A DNA stretch of 64,000 nt from Pseudobdellovibrionaceae bacterium (GTDB taxonomy: Bacteria > Bdellovibrionota > Bdellovibrionia > Bdellovibrionales > UBA1609). The DNA is taken from NCBI GenBank assembly GCA_015163855.1, contig JAAOIK010000007.1:28824-92823 (forward strand). Reading direction: 5' to 3'. How positions within the stretch are numbered: the first letter of the stretch is position 1; every line of letters begins with the position of its first letter. The translations under genes were made by a program, and so were the position numbers. A model generated the notes under the pieces. It saw only the letters and a list, made by a program, of their open reading frames with translations. It did not search any database and was not told where the DNA came from. Shown here in pieces: positions 47,943 through 57,158 of this stretch.

Positions 47943-47970
47943 AATAGCCGTCATCTAGCTATTTTTTTAT
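47941..47970 (+). terminator. Weak hairpin plus T-run directly after ssb
   Basis: AAATAGC (47941-47947) pairs with GCTATTT (47957-47963) around a 9-nt loop, followed by TTTT. Confidence 0.35.
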
Positions 47971-47977
47971 ATTTCAA

Positions 47978-48007
47978 TAAAAAGCCTCTAAAATTTAGAG
48001 GCTTTTT
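47978..48007 (+). terminator. Rho-independent terminator of ssb
   Basis: AAAAAGCCTCTAAA / TTTAGAGGCTTTTT is a perfect inverted repeat followed by a T-run (47978-48007). Confidence 0.75.
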
Positions 48008-48025
48008 TAATTAAATACCCTATTA

Positions 48026-48069
48026 TTACCTAGTCCATAGTGTGAACTATACACTTTAAAGCTAGTCAA
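48026..48069 (-). promoter_or_regulatory. Inverted second copy of the exbB-upstream motif
   Basis: The reverse complement reads TTGACTAG-N20-ACTATGGACTAGGTAA (compare 39290-39297 and 39349-39366). It contains the dyad ATAGT-N4-ACTAT (48037-48050). Confidence 0.35.
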
Positions 48070-48128
48070 CCGCTCCTTTTTTTTTTAAAATAAGCTAATA
48101 TTAAACCATTTTATTATAAGGTGCTTCT

Positions 48129-49052
48129 ATGAAAAAAATCTTTTATTTAATTATAGTTCCTACTATTTTATCTTTTACTAATAACGCCTTTGCTTATCAT
48201 GTAGTTAAAGTAAAAAATAAAAAAATACTAATTACCTTTTCTCCTGAAGAAAATGTACAAACTAAAGATACTTTTTATGCTATTAATAATACAGGAAAAA
48301 AGAAAGCCATTGTTTTAATCACTAAGGTTAAGGGCAATAAAGCCATAGCTAAAATTTTAAAAGGGCGAGCAGAAAAAGGGTGGACATTGCGCGTGCGTAA
48401 AAGAAGTGTAGTTAGTCGTCCTGTACAACCAGCTAACTCGTATCAGCCCAGAACAAATACCGCGGCTACTTCTTCTTATCCAAAAAAATCTAAAAAACTA
48501 TTTAACCATCTTAGTTTTTTATGGGGCTATTCTTTAAATCGCTTACAAACCTTTGTCAGTCCAAAAACAATAAAGCACTCTGCCTCTTCTTTTTTTAATT
48601 TTGAAACTAGTACTACCCTATTTCTTCCTAAAGAGCCTATGTTTGGTTTAAAAATTTTATCTAGCACCGAAAACTTTACCCTAAAAGCCAAATGTAGTGA
48701 TGGCACTACAACAAGCAATTGCGCAGCTAGCATTGTGTACTTAGGAGGCGGAGCTTTAGCTGTGATTCAAGCTCCTTTAAGCGATAAGTTTAGTTTGTGG
48801 GGTGGCGTGGGTGGAAAGCTGTTATTTCCTGTCTATAAAAAAATAACTACACTAGCAGTAGATTATCACTATCTAGACAAAGCCTCCATTAAACTAACCA
48901 GTGCCTTATTGCTGTCTGGCGGATTCACTTTAGGCTTAAACTCTAAATTTTCTATTCCTTTTAATGTAAATTACACCCTGTTCCCTTCTTCTGCAGAGGT
49001 AAAGGGACACTCTAGCCTTAACTTTCAGACCGGCTTATTGTACCACTTTTAA
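48129..49052 (+). CDS. Outer-membrane beta-barrel-like protein of unknown function
   Basis: Signal peptide MKKIFYLIIVPTILSFTNNAFA. Alternating-hydrophobicity C-terminal half ending in the OMP-type terminus LNFQTGLLYHF. AAGGTG Shine-Dalgarno upstream. Confidence 0.7.
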   Translation: MKKIFYLIIVPTILSFTNNAFAYHVVKVKNKKILITFSPEENVQTKDTFYAINNTGKKKAIVLITKVKGNKAIAKILKGRAEKGWTLRVRKRSVVSRPVQPANSYQPRTNTAATSSYPKKSKKLFNHLSFLWGYSLNRLQTFVSPKTIKHSASSFFNFETSTTLFLPKEPMFGLKILSSTENFTLKAKCSDGTTTSNCAASIVYLGGGALAVIQAPLSDKFSLWGGVGGKLLFPVYKKITTLAVDYHYLDKASIKLTSALLLSGGFTLGLNSKFSIPFNVNYTLFPSSAEVKGHSSLNFQTGLLYHF

Positions 49053-49080
49053 GTAACAAAGCAGTACTTGCTTTTGAATT

Positions 49081-49125
49081 TATAAAATATTGTTAGTAAA
49101 AATCATTTACCAGCAATATTTTATA
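49081..49125. promoter_or_regulatory. 12-bp perfect inverted repeat 16 nt upstream of the multicopper oxidase start
   Basis: TATAAAATATTG (49081-49092) and CAATATTTTATA (49114-49125) are separated by 21 nt. Confidence 0.3.
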
Positions 49126-49140
49126 GGGTAAATACTACCC

Positions 49141-50601
49141 ATGCTTTCTAGACGCCATTTTTTTAAAACACTACTATACAGTATGGCAAAAATTACTGCT
49201 GTTTCTGCAGTGTTGCCTAAAAAATTATTACAAGCCGCAGAAAAGCCTTTGTTTACTAACCCCTACCATCTTCCTCCATTACTTTTAGGAAAAAAAGAAG
49301 GTAAAAAAGTATCTTTTCATTTAAACATTCAATCGGGGTTAAGCTCTATTTTAAGAAGCAAAAAAACAAAAACATGGGGAATTAACCAAGCCTTTTTAGG
49401 TGTTACCTTAAAAGTAAACAAGGGCGATCAAGTGCATGTTACTGTTAAAAACTCCTTAACAGAAACCACCACTTTGCACTGGCACGGTATGAAATTACCT
49501 GCTCACGCCGACGGAGGCCCACACCAACCCATTGCTCCCCTTAAAGAATGGAAAACCCATTGGAATATTATTCAACCGGCTGCCACTTTATGGTACCACG
49601 CTCATACTTCTCATAAAACGGGACAGCAAGTTTATAATGGCCTTGCTGGCATGCTCTTAATTGACGACAAAGACAGCCAAAAATTAAACCTGCCCTCTGA
49701 ATATGGCGTGGATGATTTTCCAATTATGCTTTTAGACCGATCTTTTAATACTGATGGGTCTTTAGAGTATATTAAAAGTATGCATGATAGAATGCGAGGA
49801 AAAATGGGAACCCATATTTTAATTAATGGTGTTCACAAACCTGTTTTAAAAGTTAAAAAATCTTTAATTCGATTACGCTTACTAAACGCCTCTAATGCAA
49901 GGTTTTATCGCCTGCAGTTTAAAGACAATCGAATATTTAATATTATTGCCAGTGACGGCGGGTTATTAGAAAAACCCATTGCCTCTAATTCTATATTGCT
50001 TTCTCCTGGGGAAAGAGCAGAAATTATTGTTGAAGTTTTTCAAGGAAGCCTTCCTACATTAATTTATCGTGTTCAAGGCAGAAACGGTTTAAATCACGAC
50101 TATGAACTTTTACAAATTAATACACAAAAAGTAACTCAAAGCAAAAAAACTCTTCCTAGCAAACTAGTTACTCATAAAAAAGAAAACGAAAAAAAAGCAA
50201 CAACACACAGGCGCATGCAGTTGCAAATGCAAAGGCCAGCTTTTCGAGGCGACAGTATTTTTAAAATTAATAACAAAGCAATGGACATGAAAAGAATCGA
50301 CGAGGTGGTTACGGCCGGTAGTTTAGAGGTTTGGAGCATTGAAAATCAATCTTCCATGCCACACCCCTTTCATATTCATAATGTTCAATTTAAAATTATT
50401 AGTAAAAGTGGTTCAGAAGTTTATGGACACGAACGGGGCTTTAAAGACACCGTATTAGTGAGGCCTAAAGAAACGATAAAAGTATTAATACGATTTCCTA
50501 AATACACCGATGAAAAATATCCCTATATGTATCATTGCCATATTTTAGAACATGAAGACCAAGGGATGATGGGTCAATTTATTCAAATTGCTTCAAAATA
50601 A
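49141..50601 (+). CDS. cueO: Tat-exported multicopper oxidase (CueO-like)
   Basis: Twin-arginine signal MLSRRHFFKT. Copper-ligand motifs HWHGM, WYHAH, HPFHIHN and HCHILEHEDQGMM (compare CueO HCHLLEHEDTGMM). Confidence 0.85.
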   Translation: MLSRRHFFKTLLYSMAKITAVSAVLPKKLLQAAEKPLFTNPYHLPPLLLGKKEGKKVSFHLNIQSGLSSILRSKKTKTWGINQAFLGVTLKVNKGDQVHVTVKNSLTETTTLHWHGMKLPAHADGGPHQPIAPLKEWKTHWNIIQPAATLWYHAHTSHKTGQQVYNGLAGMLLIDDKDSQKLNLPSEYGVDDFPIMLLDRSFNTDGSLEYIKSMHDRMRGKMGTHILINGVHKPVLKVKKSLIRLRLLNASNARFYRLQFKDNRIFNIIASDGGLLEKPIASNSILLSPGERAEIIVEVFQGSLPTLIYRVQGRNGLNHDYELLQINTQKVTQSKKTLPSKLVTHKKENEKKATTHRRMQLQMQRPAFRGDSIFKINNKAMDMKRIDEVVTAGSLEVWSIENQSSMPHPFHIHNVQFKIISKSGSEVYGHERGFKDTVLVRPKETIKVLIRFPKYTDEKYPYMYHCHILEHEDQGMMGQFIQIASK

Positions 50602-50673
50602 TACGCACAAAAATTTTTTAAAAGGCTATAGGGTTTAAAAGGCCAAGCCTTAGTTAAAAACAAAAATGGACAC

Positions 50674-52923
50674 TTATAGCCTGTGGTCACGACTGACTTG
50701 AATAATACCCTTGATTTTTTTAATTTCTATTAAAAGTTTTTGTAAATCTTCTAAATTTTTAATTCGTATATCAAAGTAACTAACCGCTCTATTATCTAAG
50801 GTAGAGCTCGCTTTTAAGTTTTCTATATTTGCATCGGCTGCAGAAAATACATCACCCATTTTAGCTAAAATACCTGGTAAGTTAAAACTAACTATACACA
50901 AACGCACACGATGAGTAATATTCTCTGTTTTTTGATCCCAATTTACTTCTACATACCTACCAGAATCAATATTAAATGTTTTTTCACAATCGGCCCTATG
51001 AATACTAATGCCCCTGCCTACAGAAACAAAACCTACAATAGGATCGCCAGGAATAGGGTAACAACATTTAGCAAATCTTACTAAAATATCATTTTCTCCC
51101 CCTACCTGCACACCCGAACGATCTTTTTTACTTTTCTTAGTACTATTACTAGTTTCAATTTTTTTCTCTAAAGTTTCAATTTCTGAAGTGCTCTTAACCT
51201 GCTCTTCTTCTTTGGGAACTAAATCTTTGTAAACTAATGAAGACTCTAGCCTACCAAAACCTATCTTAACAAATAAATCTTCTAATTTTTGACAACCTTG
51301 TTTTTGTAAATACTCTGTAAAAGATACGCCTTCGGTATAACGAGACAGTCGCTGTGATTTTTTTCTAAAAAATCTTTCTAACATATCTTGCCCCACTTTT
51401 TGAGACATAATTCTTTGTTCTTTTTTAATAACCGTTCTAATCTGCCCTTTTGCTTTGCTAGTTACACAAAACTTTAACCAATCTTTAGAGGGGGCTTGGT
51501 TTTTAGAAGTTACCACTTCTACCGTGTCACCATTTTGTAAAACATAGCGTAAGGGAACCACTTTTTTATTTACACAGGCAGAAACAATATGGTTTCCCAC
51601 ATCGGTATGAATAGAATAGGCAAAATCAATGGGAGTTGCTCCCACTGGAAATTCTTTTACCTCCCCTTTGGGAGTAAATACATAAATCTCTGACTCTAAA
51701 AGGTCAGATTTCATATTTTCTAAAAATTCATCAGCATTATAAGTTTCTTGATTCATTTGAATTAGCTCTCTAAGCCAATTAAACTTTTTAGCCACATCGG
51801 CGGCGGGTGCATTTTTTGAATTAACATCTTGAGAATAAGAATTGGCTTTGTATTCCCAATGGGCAGCAATCCCCCACTCTGCTAATTCGTGCATTTCGTG
51901 AGTACGGATTTGCACCTCCACCCTTTCGCCATCATTACCAATTAAAGTGGTATGTAAACTTTGGTAATTATTTACTTTGGGCATAGCAATAAAATCTTTA
52001 AATCGCCCTGGGATAGGTCGCCATAAAGAATGGATAATCCCTAAAGTTTCATAACATTCTTTAATAGAACTTACACAAATCCTAAATGCTAAAATGTCGT
52101 AAATTTGCTCGTAGGGTAAGTTGCTAATTTTCATTTTTTTATAAATAGAATACAAATGTTTAAATCTTCCTTGAATATCAAAAGAAAAATCTACGCGGTT
52201 TTCTAAATTTTTTATTAAAGTGAGTTTAAAATTTTCAACATAACTTAAGCGATCTTTTCGCCTTTCTTTAGTTTTTTCTTTTAAAAAATGATATTCATCA
52301 GGGTGGGCATATTTTAAAGACAAATCTTCTAATTCTATTTTAATAGAACTCATACCTAACCTGCTAGCTAAAGGAGCATAAATATCTAAAGTTTCACTAG
52401 CAATTCTACCTTGCTTTTGAAAAGACATATAATTTAATGTGCGCATATTATGCAAACGATCGGCAAGCTTTACTAAAATTACTCTTACATCCGAACCCAT
52501 AGCCACAATCATTTTTCTAATATTTTCTGCTTGCTTTTCGTGAGTGTGACGAAAATTTAATTTTGTAATTTTAGTCACACCCTCTACAATGCCCGCAACA
52601 CTACTTCCAAAGACTTTAAGAATATCTTCTGTAGTAATTAAAGTGTCTTCCACAGTATCGTGTAAAAGGGCTGCAATAATACTGGCCACATCTAATTTTA
52701 GTTGTGCTAAAATATAGGCCACACCAATGGGGTGAGTAATATACTCTTCTCCACTACGACGAACCACACCTTCGTGAGCTTTTTGTGCCATTTGATAGGC
52801 TTTTTCTATCATGCCAATATCTTCTTCAGAATAAAAATTCTTTAGATATTGCAAAAGCACATCAAAAGACCCTGTGTCTTTTAGTTCTTTGTCGGTATCT
52901 TGTTGCTGTTGACCGGTTTTCAC
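50674..52923 (-). CDS. spoT: Bifunctional (p)ppGpp synthetase/hydrolase (RelA/SpoT homologue)
   Basis: HD hydrolase motifs (HPIGVAYIL, LHDTVEDT), a synthetase domain (RFKHLYSIYKKM, YQSLHTT), a TGS domain and a C-terminal ACT-like domain. GTG start. Confidence 0.93.
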   Translation of the reverse strand: MKTGQQQQDTDKELKDTGSFDVLLQYLKNFYSEEDIGMIEKAYQMAQKAHEGVVRRSGEEYITHPIGVAYILAQLKLDVASIIAALLHDTVEDTLITTEDILKVFGSSVAGIVEGVTKITKLNFRHTHEKQAENIRKMIVAMGSDVRVILVKLADRLHNMRTLNYMSFQKQGRIASETLDIYAPLASRLGMSSIKIELEDLSLKYAHPDEYHFLKEKTKERRKDRLSYVENFKLTLIKNLENRVDFSFDIQGRFKHLYSIYKKMKISNLPYEQIYDILAFRICVSSIKECYETLGIIHSLWRPIPGRFKDFIAMPKVNNYQSLHTTLIGNDGERVEVQIRTHEMHELAEWGIAAHWEYKANSYSQDVNSKNAPAADVAKKFNWLRELIQMNQETYNADEFLENMKSDLLESEIYVFTPKGEVKEFPVGATPIDFAYSIHTDVGNHIVSACVNKKVVPLRYVLQNGDTVEVVTSKNQAPSKDWLKFCVTSKAKGQIRTVIKKEQRIMSQKVGQDMLERFFRKKSQRLSRYTEGVSFTEYLQKQGCQKLEDLFVKIGFGRLESSLVYKDLVPKEEEQVKSTSEIETLEKKIETSNSTKKSKKDRSGVQVGGENDILVRFAKCCYPIPGDPIVGFVSVGRGISIHRADCEKTFNIDSGRYVEVNWDQKTENITHRVRLCIVSFNLPGILAKMGDVFSAADANIENLKASSTLDNRAVSYFDIRIKNLEDLQKLLIEIKKIKGIIQVSRDHRL

Positions 52924-53136
52924 ACATTACTTATCGGGTAAAAACCGAGAAAAATCAATAGGCTAGGAATTGCATCTTCAATATTAGCAAAATGCCATTA
53001 ATGCGCCTTTAATTTGGTTCTTCTTGTTTTCAAATTTTTAAATAATGGGTAAAACTTTTTAAGTTTTTTGTAAATCCATAAGGTAAATAAGAAAAACGAG
53101 TAATTAATTAATAAAAAATATTTTGTATAAACCTTT

Positions 53137-55845
53137 TTAGTTAAATAATCCCCTACACATTACTTGCTTTTTTTCATTTAAGGCTTGCACTAGTTGCTTT
53201 TGCGCTATGACATATAAATTTTCTTTCAAGCCTCCATATTTAATAAACAATAATAATAGTTTCTGGTATTTGGGGTGAGCTATGACCTCAGGATGGGACA
53301 AAACAGCTTGTGCTAAAGCACCCATCTCCTTCCCCTTTTTAATATAGCTATCTATCCACCCAGTCCACTTGGGGTGAGCTATGGCCTTAGGTTTAGACAA
53401 AGCATATACTGCCAAATAACCCATATCCTTCCCCTTTTTAATATAGCTATCTATCCACTCAATCCACTTAGAATGAGCTCTGACCTCTGGCTTAGACAAA
53501 ACATATACTGCCAAATAATGCATGCCTTCCCCTTTTTTAATATAGCTATCTATCCACCCAGCCCACTTGGGGTGAGTTATGACCTCAGACTTAGACAAAA
53601 CAGAGTATGCCAAATAATGCATACCTTCCCCTTTTTTAATATAACTATCTATCCACCCAGCCCACTTGGGGTGAGCTATGGCCCTAGGCTTAAACAAAAC
53701 AGATAATGCCAAAAACTTCAGATGCTCCCCTTTTTTAATATAACTATCTATCCACTCAATCCACTTGGGGTGAACTATGGCCTCGGGCTTAGACCAAGCA
53801 TGTAGTGCCAAATAATCCATACCTTTTCCTTTTTTAATATAACTATCTATCCACTCAGTCCACTTGGGGTGAGCTATGACCTCAGGTTTAGACAAAACAT
53901 ATGTTCCCAAAAACTCCATTGCCTGCCCTTTGTTGATGTAGCTATCTATCCACCCAGCCCACTTGTGGTGAGCTATGACCTCAGGCTTAGACAAAATATA
54001 TTTTGCCAAATTATTTACACTCTGCCCTTTGTTGATATAGCTATCTATTATAAAAAATAGCTGAGGCCAGTTAGCCCAATTCATTCGAGACAGTGCAGAC
54101 ATGCCCTTTTCTGTTACCCCTTCTTTCCATATTGCGTTAATTATATCTTTAGCGCTAAATTTAAAATTACCTTGATCTGCTGAATCCAGAAATTGTGAAA
54201 AATGTTTATTAGCTTCTTCATTAATCAATAATAAATTATTCTCTTTTATCTTTGGGTTATGAAATAAAACATCTATAGCATCATTAACACTAATAAACTT
54301 CCATTGTGCTTTTTTCATAGTTTTTTCTGAAAAAAAAGAAAACTTTAAAAATGGATTTTCTTTAACTTGTGTCTTAAAGCTATTAATAATTTTTTGATTA
54401 GGAGAAAAAACCACTCCCTGTCTGTGCTTTTTAAAATCATCATAAGACCCTTCAGAATTTTTTTGTTTTTTTAAAACTTCTTCTTGTAAAGGAATTGCAA
54501 AAAATGTTTGGTTAACTATTTTTAAACTTTGATTATACTTACTCATAGCTTCTTTGACTGTTGGAAACGAAGAATTTCCATTAAACCACTCAGGTTGTGC
54601 GAGTGTTAAATATTTTGCTTTAAATGCATCTTTATTTATAAATAAAGTATGCAGTGCCCAATCCACATGTTTGGCTGATAAATTAGCGCCTGTAATATCT
54701 TTTACATACAAAACTAAATCATTGTTTACTTTTACTAAATCTACACTCATATAACCAATGGCTTTTTTTTGTTTGTTTAAAATATAAAAAATGTACTCAT
54801 AAGGGTGATAAGAGTTGGCCCATGTGGTTTTGGTTGAACAATCCCCACCTATACAACCACGGTAAGTGGATATAAAGGCTGGCACCTGAAGCAATGCCAT
54901 TTTAAATTCATTTTTTACTGATTTAGATTCTCCATAAGAATTAATTATTTTATTTGTAGATTTAATTAATAACTTATCTTCTTTTATTGATAAAACTTTT
55001 TTTAAAAAACTATTAAAATTCTTTGGAAACACTTTTTCAATAACTTCTACATTACCATTAGTAATGGTAATTGCTTGTTTTGAATATAAAAACGATAATA
55101 TAGATATTGTAGCCATTTTTTGCTCTACTGCTCTTGCCTTTTCTGCTATTAGCAAAAGCTCTTCGTAGCTTGTGTTAGAATTAAAACCAAAATCAGAATA
55201 ACGAAATGTTTTATCAAATTTATTTTTATCAAAAGACATGTTTTTTAGCATTGGTAAAATATCTGTAGAATGACTGTTTTTAAATAATCTTTTCTTTTTC
55301 TCACCACTGATTGGCAAAGAAGAAATAATTCCTGAAATAAAGAAATTAAAAGAACCAATAGGGATTTTTGATTTTTTCTTTTCATTATTTATAAACTCAG
55401 CTGTTAAATGAAAATTCTTTATGGAATTTAAAAATTGATTATTAATAAATTTTTTTTGTAATAGCTTTTTTACTAAAACATTTAAAGTTTCTTTATTGCC
55501 ATTACTTTTTTGATTATCAAACACTTCCCATAAATAAAGAAAATCTTGTGTTGCTACATCTTGTTTGTAAGAAGAATTTTTATCTAGTTCTACATACAAA
55601 TTTTTTGTTAATTTCATATATTTTAGAATTAATTGTTTGCTAAGTTCGTCGCCACTATCTGTTTTATAGGTTTGATCTAAAAACATAGGTAAATTTTTTA
55701 TTTTATGAGCTGTAACAAAAGCACCCGCACCTTCTAATAAAGATACTGGAATTCTATGCGCAGATATAGTGCTAGCAAAAACAGAGGAAACCTGAATGCT
55801 TAAAAATAGAACTAGTAAAAAAAGATGCTTTAAAAAAAACTGCAT
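53137..55845 (-). CDS. Secreted protein with an unknown N-terminal domain of about 590 aa and nine C-terminal 33-aa tandem repeats
   Basis: Signal peptide MQFFLKHLFLLVLFLSIQVSSVFA. Repeat consensus PKWxxWIDSYIKKGxxMxYLAxxVLSKPEVIAH, eight good copies plus one degenerate. Confidence 0.85.
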   Translation of the reverse strand: MQFFLKHLFLLVLFLSIQVSSVFASTISAHRIPVSLLEGAGAFVTAHKIKNLPMFLDQTYKTDSGDELSKQLILKYMKLTKNLYVELDKNSSYKQDVATQDFLYLWEVFDNQKSNGNKETLNVLVKKLLQKKFINNQFLNSIKNFHLTAEFINNEKKKSKIPIGSFNFFISGIISSLPISGEKKKRLFKNSHSTDILPMLKNMSFDKNKFDKTFRYSDFGFNSNTSYEELLLIAEKARAVEQKMATISILSFLYSKQAITITNGNVEVIEKVFPKNFNSFLKKVLSIKEDKLLIKSTNKIINSYGESKSVKNEFKMALLQVPAFISTYRGCIGGDCSTKTTWANSYHPYEYIFYILNKQKKAIGYMSVDLVKVNNDLVLYVKDITGANLSAKHVDWALHTLFINKDAFKAKYLTLAQPEWFNGNSSFPTVKEAMSKYNQSLKIVNQTFFAIPLQEEVLKKQKNSEGSYDDFKKHRQGVVFSPNQKIINSFKTQVKENPFLKFSFFSEKTMKKAQWKFISVNDAIDVLFHNPKIKENNLLLINEEANKHFSQFLDSADQGNFKFSAKDIINAIWKEGVTEKGMSALSRMNWANWPQLFFIIDSYINKGQSVNNLAKYILSKPEVIAHHKWAGWIDSYINKGQAMEFLGTYVLSKPEVIAHPKWTEWIDSYIKKGKGMDYLALHAWSKPEAIVHPKWIEWIDSYIKKGEHLKFLALSVLFKPRAIAHPKWAGWIDSYIKKGEGMHYLAYSVLSKSEVITHPKWAGWIDSYIKKGEGMHYLAVYVLSKPEVRAHSKWIEWIDSYIKKGKDMGYLAVYALSKPKAIAHPKWTGWIDSYIKKGKEMGALAQAVLSHPEVIAHPKYQKLLLLFIKYGGLKENLYVIAQKQLVQALNEKKQVMCRGLFN
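53176..54066 (-). repeat. Nine 99-bp tandem coding repeats inside the 902-aa gene
   Basis: The 99-bp periodicity is visible in the DNA (recurring ATAGCTATCTATCCACC and CCACTTGGGGTGAGCTATG). Repeat boundaries were mapped in frame, for example the His codon at 53374-53376 ends repeat 7. The two central copies are nearly identical. Confidence 0.9.
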
Positions 55846-55924
55846 AAGTAATTATTGTGCAATTAGTAAGCCTAAAGGTGACTCAAACTGATGCAAAAGT
55901 CAGAGGGGCAAAATAGCCCTGCCA

Positions 55925-57106
55925 TTAATGCATATTTTCATTTAAAGAAGTAAGCTGACCACAAGCTGCATAAATATCACTGCCCATACGCCGCCGCAAT
56001 AGCACTTGAGCCCCTTTTTTATACAAAGCTTGATGAAATTTATCCACTGCTGATGCAGAGGGGGTTTCGTAATTTGACCCCGGGTGAGGGTTAAAAGGGA
56101 TTAAGTTAATTTTACAAGGCACCCGTTTAGTAAGTGCATATAGCTCTTCTGCCGACTCCAAAGAATCAGTTATTCCTTTAAGTAATACATACTCAAAAGT
56201 GACTAACTCCCCGGTTTTTTTTACATAATCATTACAGGCATTAAGTAAAGTTTCTATATTCCACTTTTTGTTAATGGGCATAATGCTAGTTCTAATATTA
56301 TCATTAGAGGCGTTTAAACTTACAGCCAATCTAACGCCAGCCTTTACCACTAAAGGAATTTTATCCACCAAACCCACCGTGGAAAGAGTAATTTTTTTTC
56401 CAGAATAATTAAAGCCCAACTGTTCTTTTAATATAGAAATACTGTTAAATACATTTTCTTCATTGTCTAAGGGTTCGCCCATTCCCATAAAAACAATATT
56501 ACCAATAGGAGCATGGGCGTGTAAGCTGGCTTGCCAAGGAATAATATCTTCTAGATTTTTTGCTTTATTTTCTTCAAGCCATAGCTTTTGGTTTTTTGGC
56601 TGACCTGGGGCATCGACAAATAACTTTTGTCCAGTAAGTTTTAATAAATCATATAAAATTTCGGGCCGTGCAAATAAAAATTGTCGCAATAAAAAAACCT
56701 GCCCCACAATTTCAGAAACCTTTAAGCGTCTTTTTAATTTTTGCTTTCCAGTAAAACAAAAGTCACAAGCTAAATTACAACCCACCTCTGAAGAAAGACA
56801 AATGGTTAATCTTCCTTTAGAGGGAATTAAAACACTTTCGAAAGGAAGCCCATCGCTGGTGTTTAATAAAAATTTTAAAGTGCCATCTTTGCTTAACCAA
56901 TGCTTTACTATTTTTGGTAAATGCCATGAAAAATACTCAGGTATTTGCGCTTGAAAACCTTGAGAAAGGTCAGACATTTCTTGTGTATTTACTATGGATT
57001 TTTGATACACCCACTTCCAAAGCTGTTTTGAGCGAAAGGCTTTATGCCCCTTTGCCTCTAAATAAGCCGTTAACTGTGGTAATGTTAAGTCGAAGAAATT
57101 AGGCAT
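55925..57106 (-). CDS. rlmN: 23S rRNA / tRNA adenine-C2 methyltransferase RlmN (radical SAM)
   Basis: FRSKQLWKWVY N-terminus, radical-SAM cluster CNLACDFCFTG, GMGEPL, and C-terminal DIYAACGQL with the conserved Cys. Confidence 0.92.
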   Translation of the reverse strand: MPNFFDLTLPQLTAYLEAKGHKAFRSKQLWKWVYQKSIVNTQEMSDLSQGFQAQIPEYFSWHLPKIVKHWLSKDGTLKFLLNTSDGLPFESVLIPSKGRLTICLSSEVGCNLACDFCFTGKQKLKRRLKVSEIVGQVFLLRQFLFARPEILYDLLKLTGQKLFVDAPGQPKNQKLWLEENKAKNLEDIIPWQASLHAHAPIGNIVFMGMGEPLDNEENVFNSISILKEQLGFNYSGKKITLSTVGLVDKIPLVVKAGVRLAVSLNASNDNIRTSIMPINKKWNIETLLNACNDYVKKTGELVTFEYVLLKGITDSLESAEELYALTKRVPCKINLIPFNPHPGSNYETPSASAVDKFHQALYKKGAQVLLRRRMGSDIYAACGQLTSLNENMH

Positions 57107-57122
57107 AGTTTATACTCTGTAC

Positions 57123-57151
57123 TCTACTAGACTAATAAAGCCAAGTATAAT
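57123..57151 (+). promoter_or_regulatory. Sigma-70-type promoter for the glycosyltransferase gene at 57204
   Basis: TCTACT (57123-57128), 17 nt, then a perfect TATAAT (57146-57151). Confidence 0.5.
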
Positions 57152-57158
57152 AGCCTAA

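Noticed and set aside
53374-54060. Plus-strand ORFs 53374-53706 and 53869-54060 with their own internal repeats
   Set aside because: They are the antisense reading of the 99-bp coding repeats. The periodic open frame is a by-product of the repeat, and the minus-strand frame is continuous with a 902-aa signal-peptide protein.
53250-54060. DnaA-box-like CTATCCAC(C/T) recurring every 99 bp, suggesting a replication origin
   Set aside because: The motif is simply the antisense of the conserved WIDSYI codons (TGG ATA GAT AGC TAT) in each repeat. It deviates from TTATCCACA, and no dnaA, dnaN or AT-rich unwinding element is nearby.
4623-55845. The two large orphan secreted proteins are both listed as exactly 902 aa, which might indicate paralogy
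   Set aside because: Their sequences are unrelated (coiled coil versus 33-aa repeat protein). With the preferred ATG start the first is 900 aa. The equal length is a coincidence.
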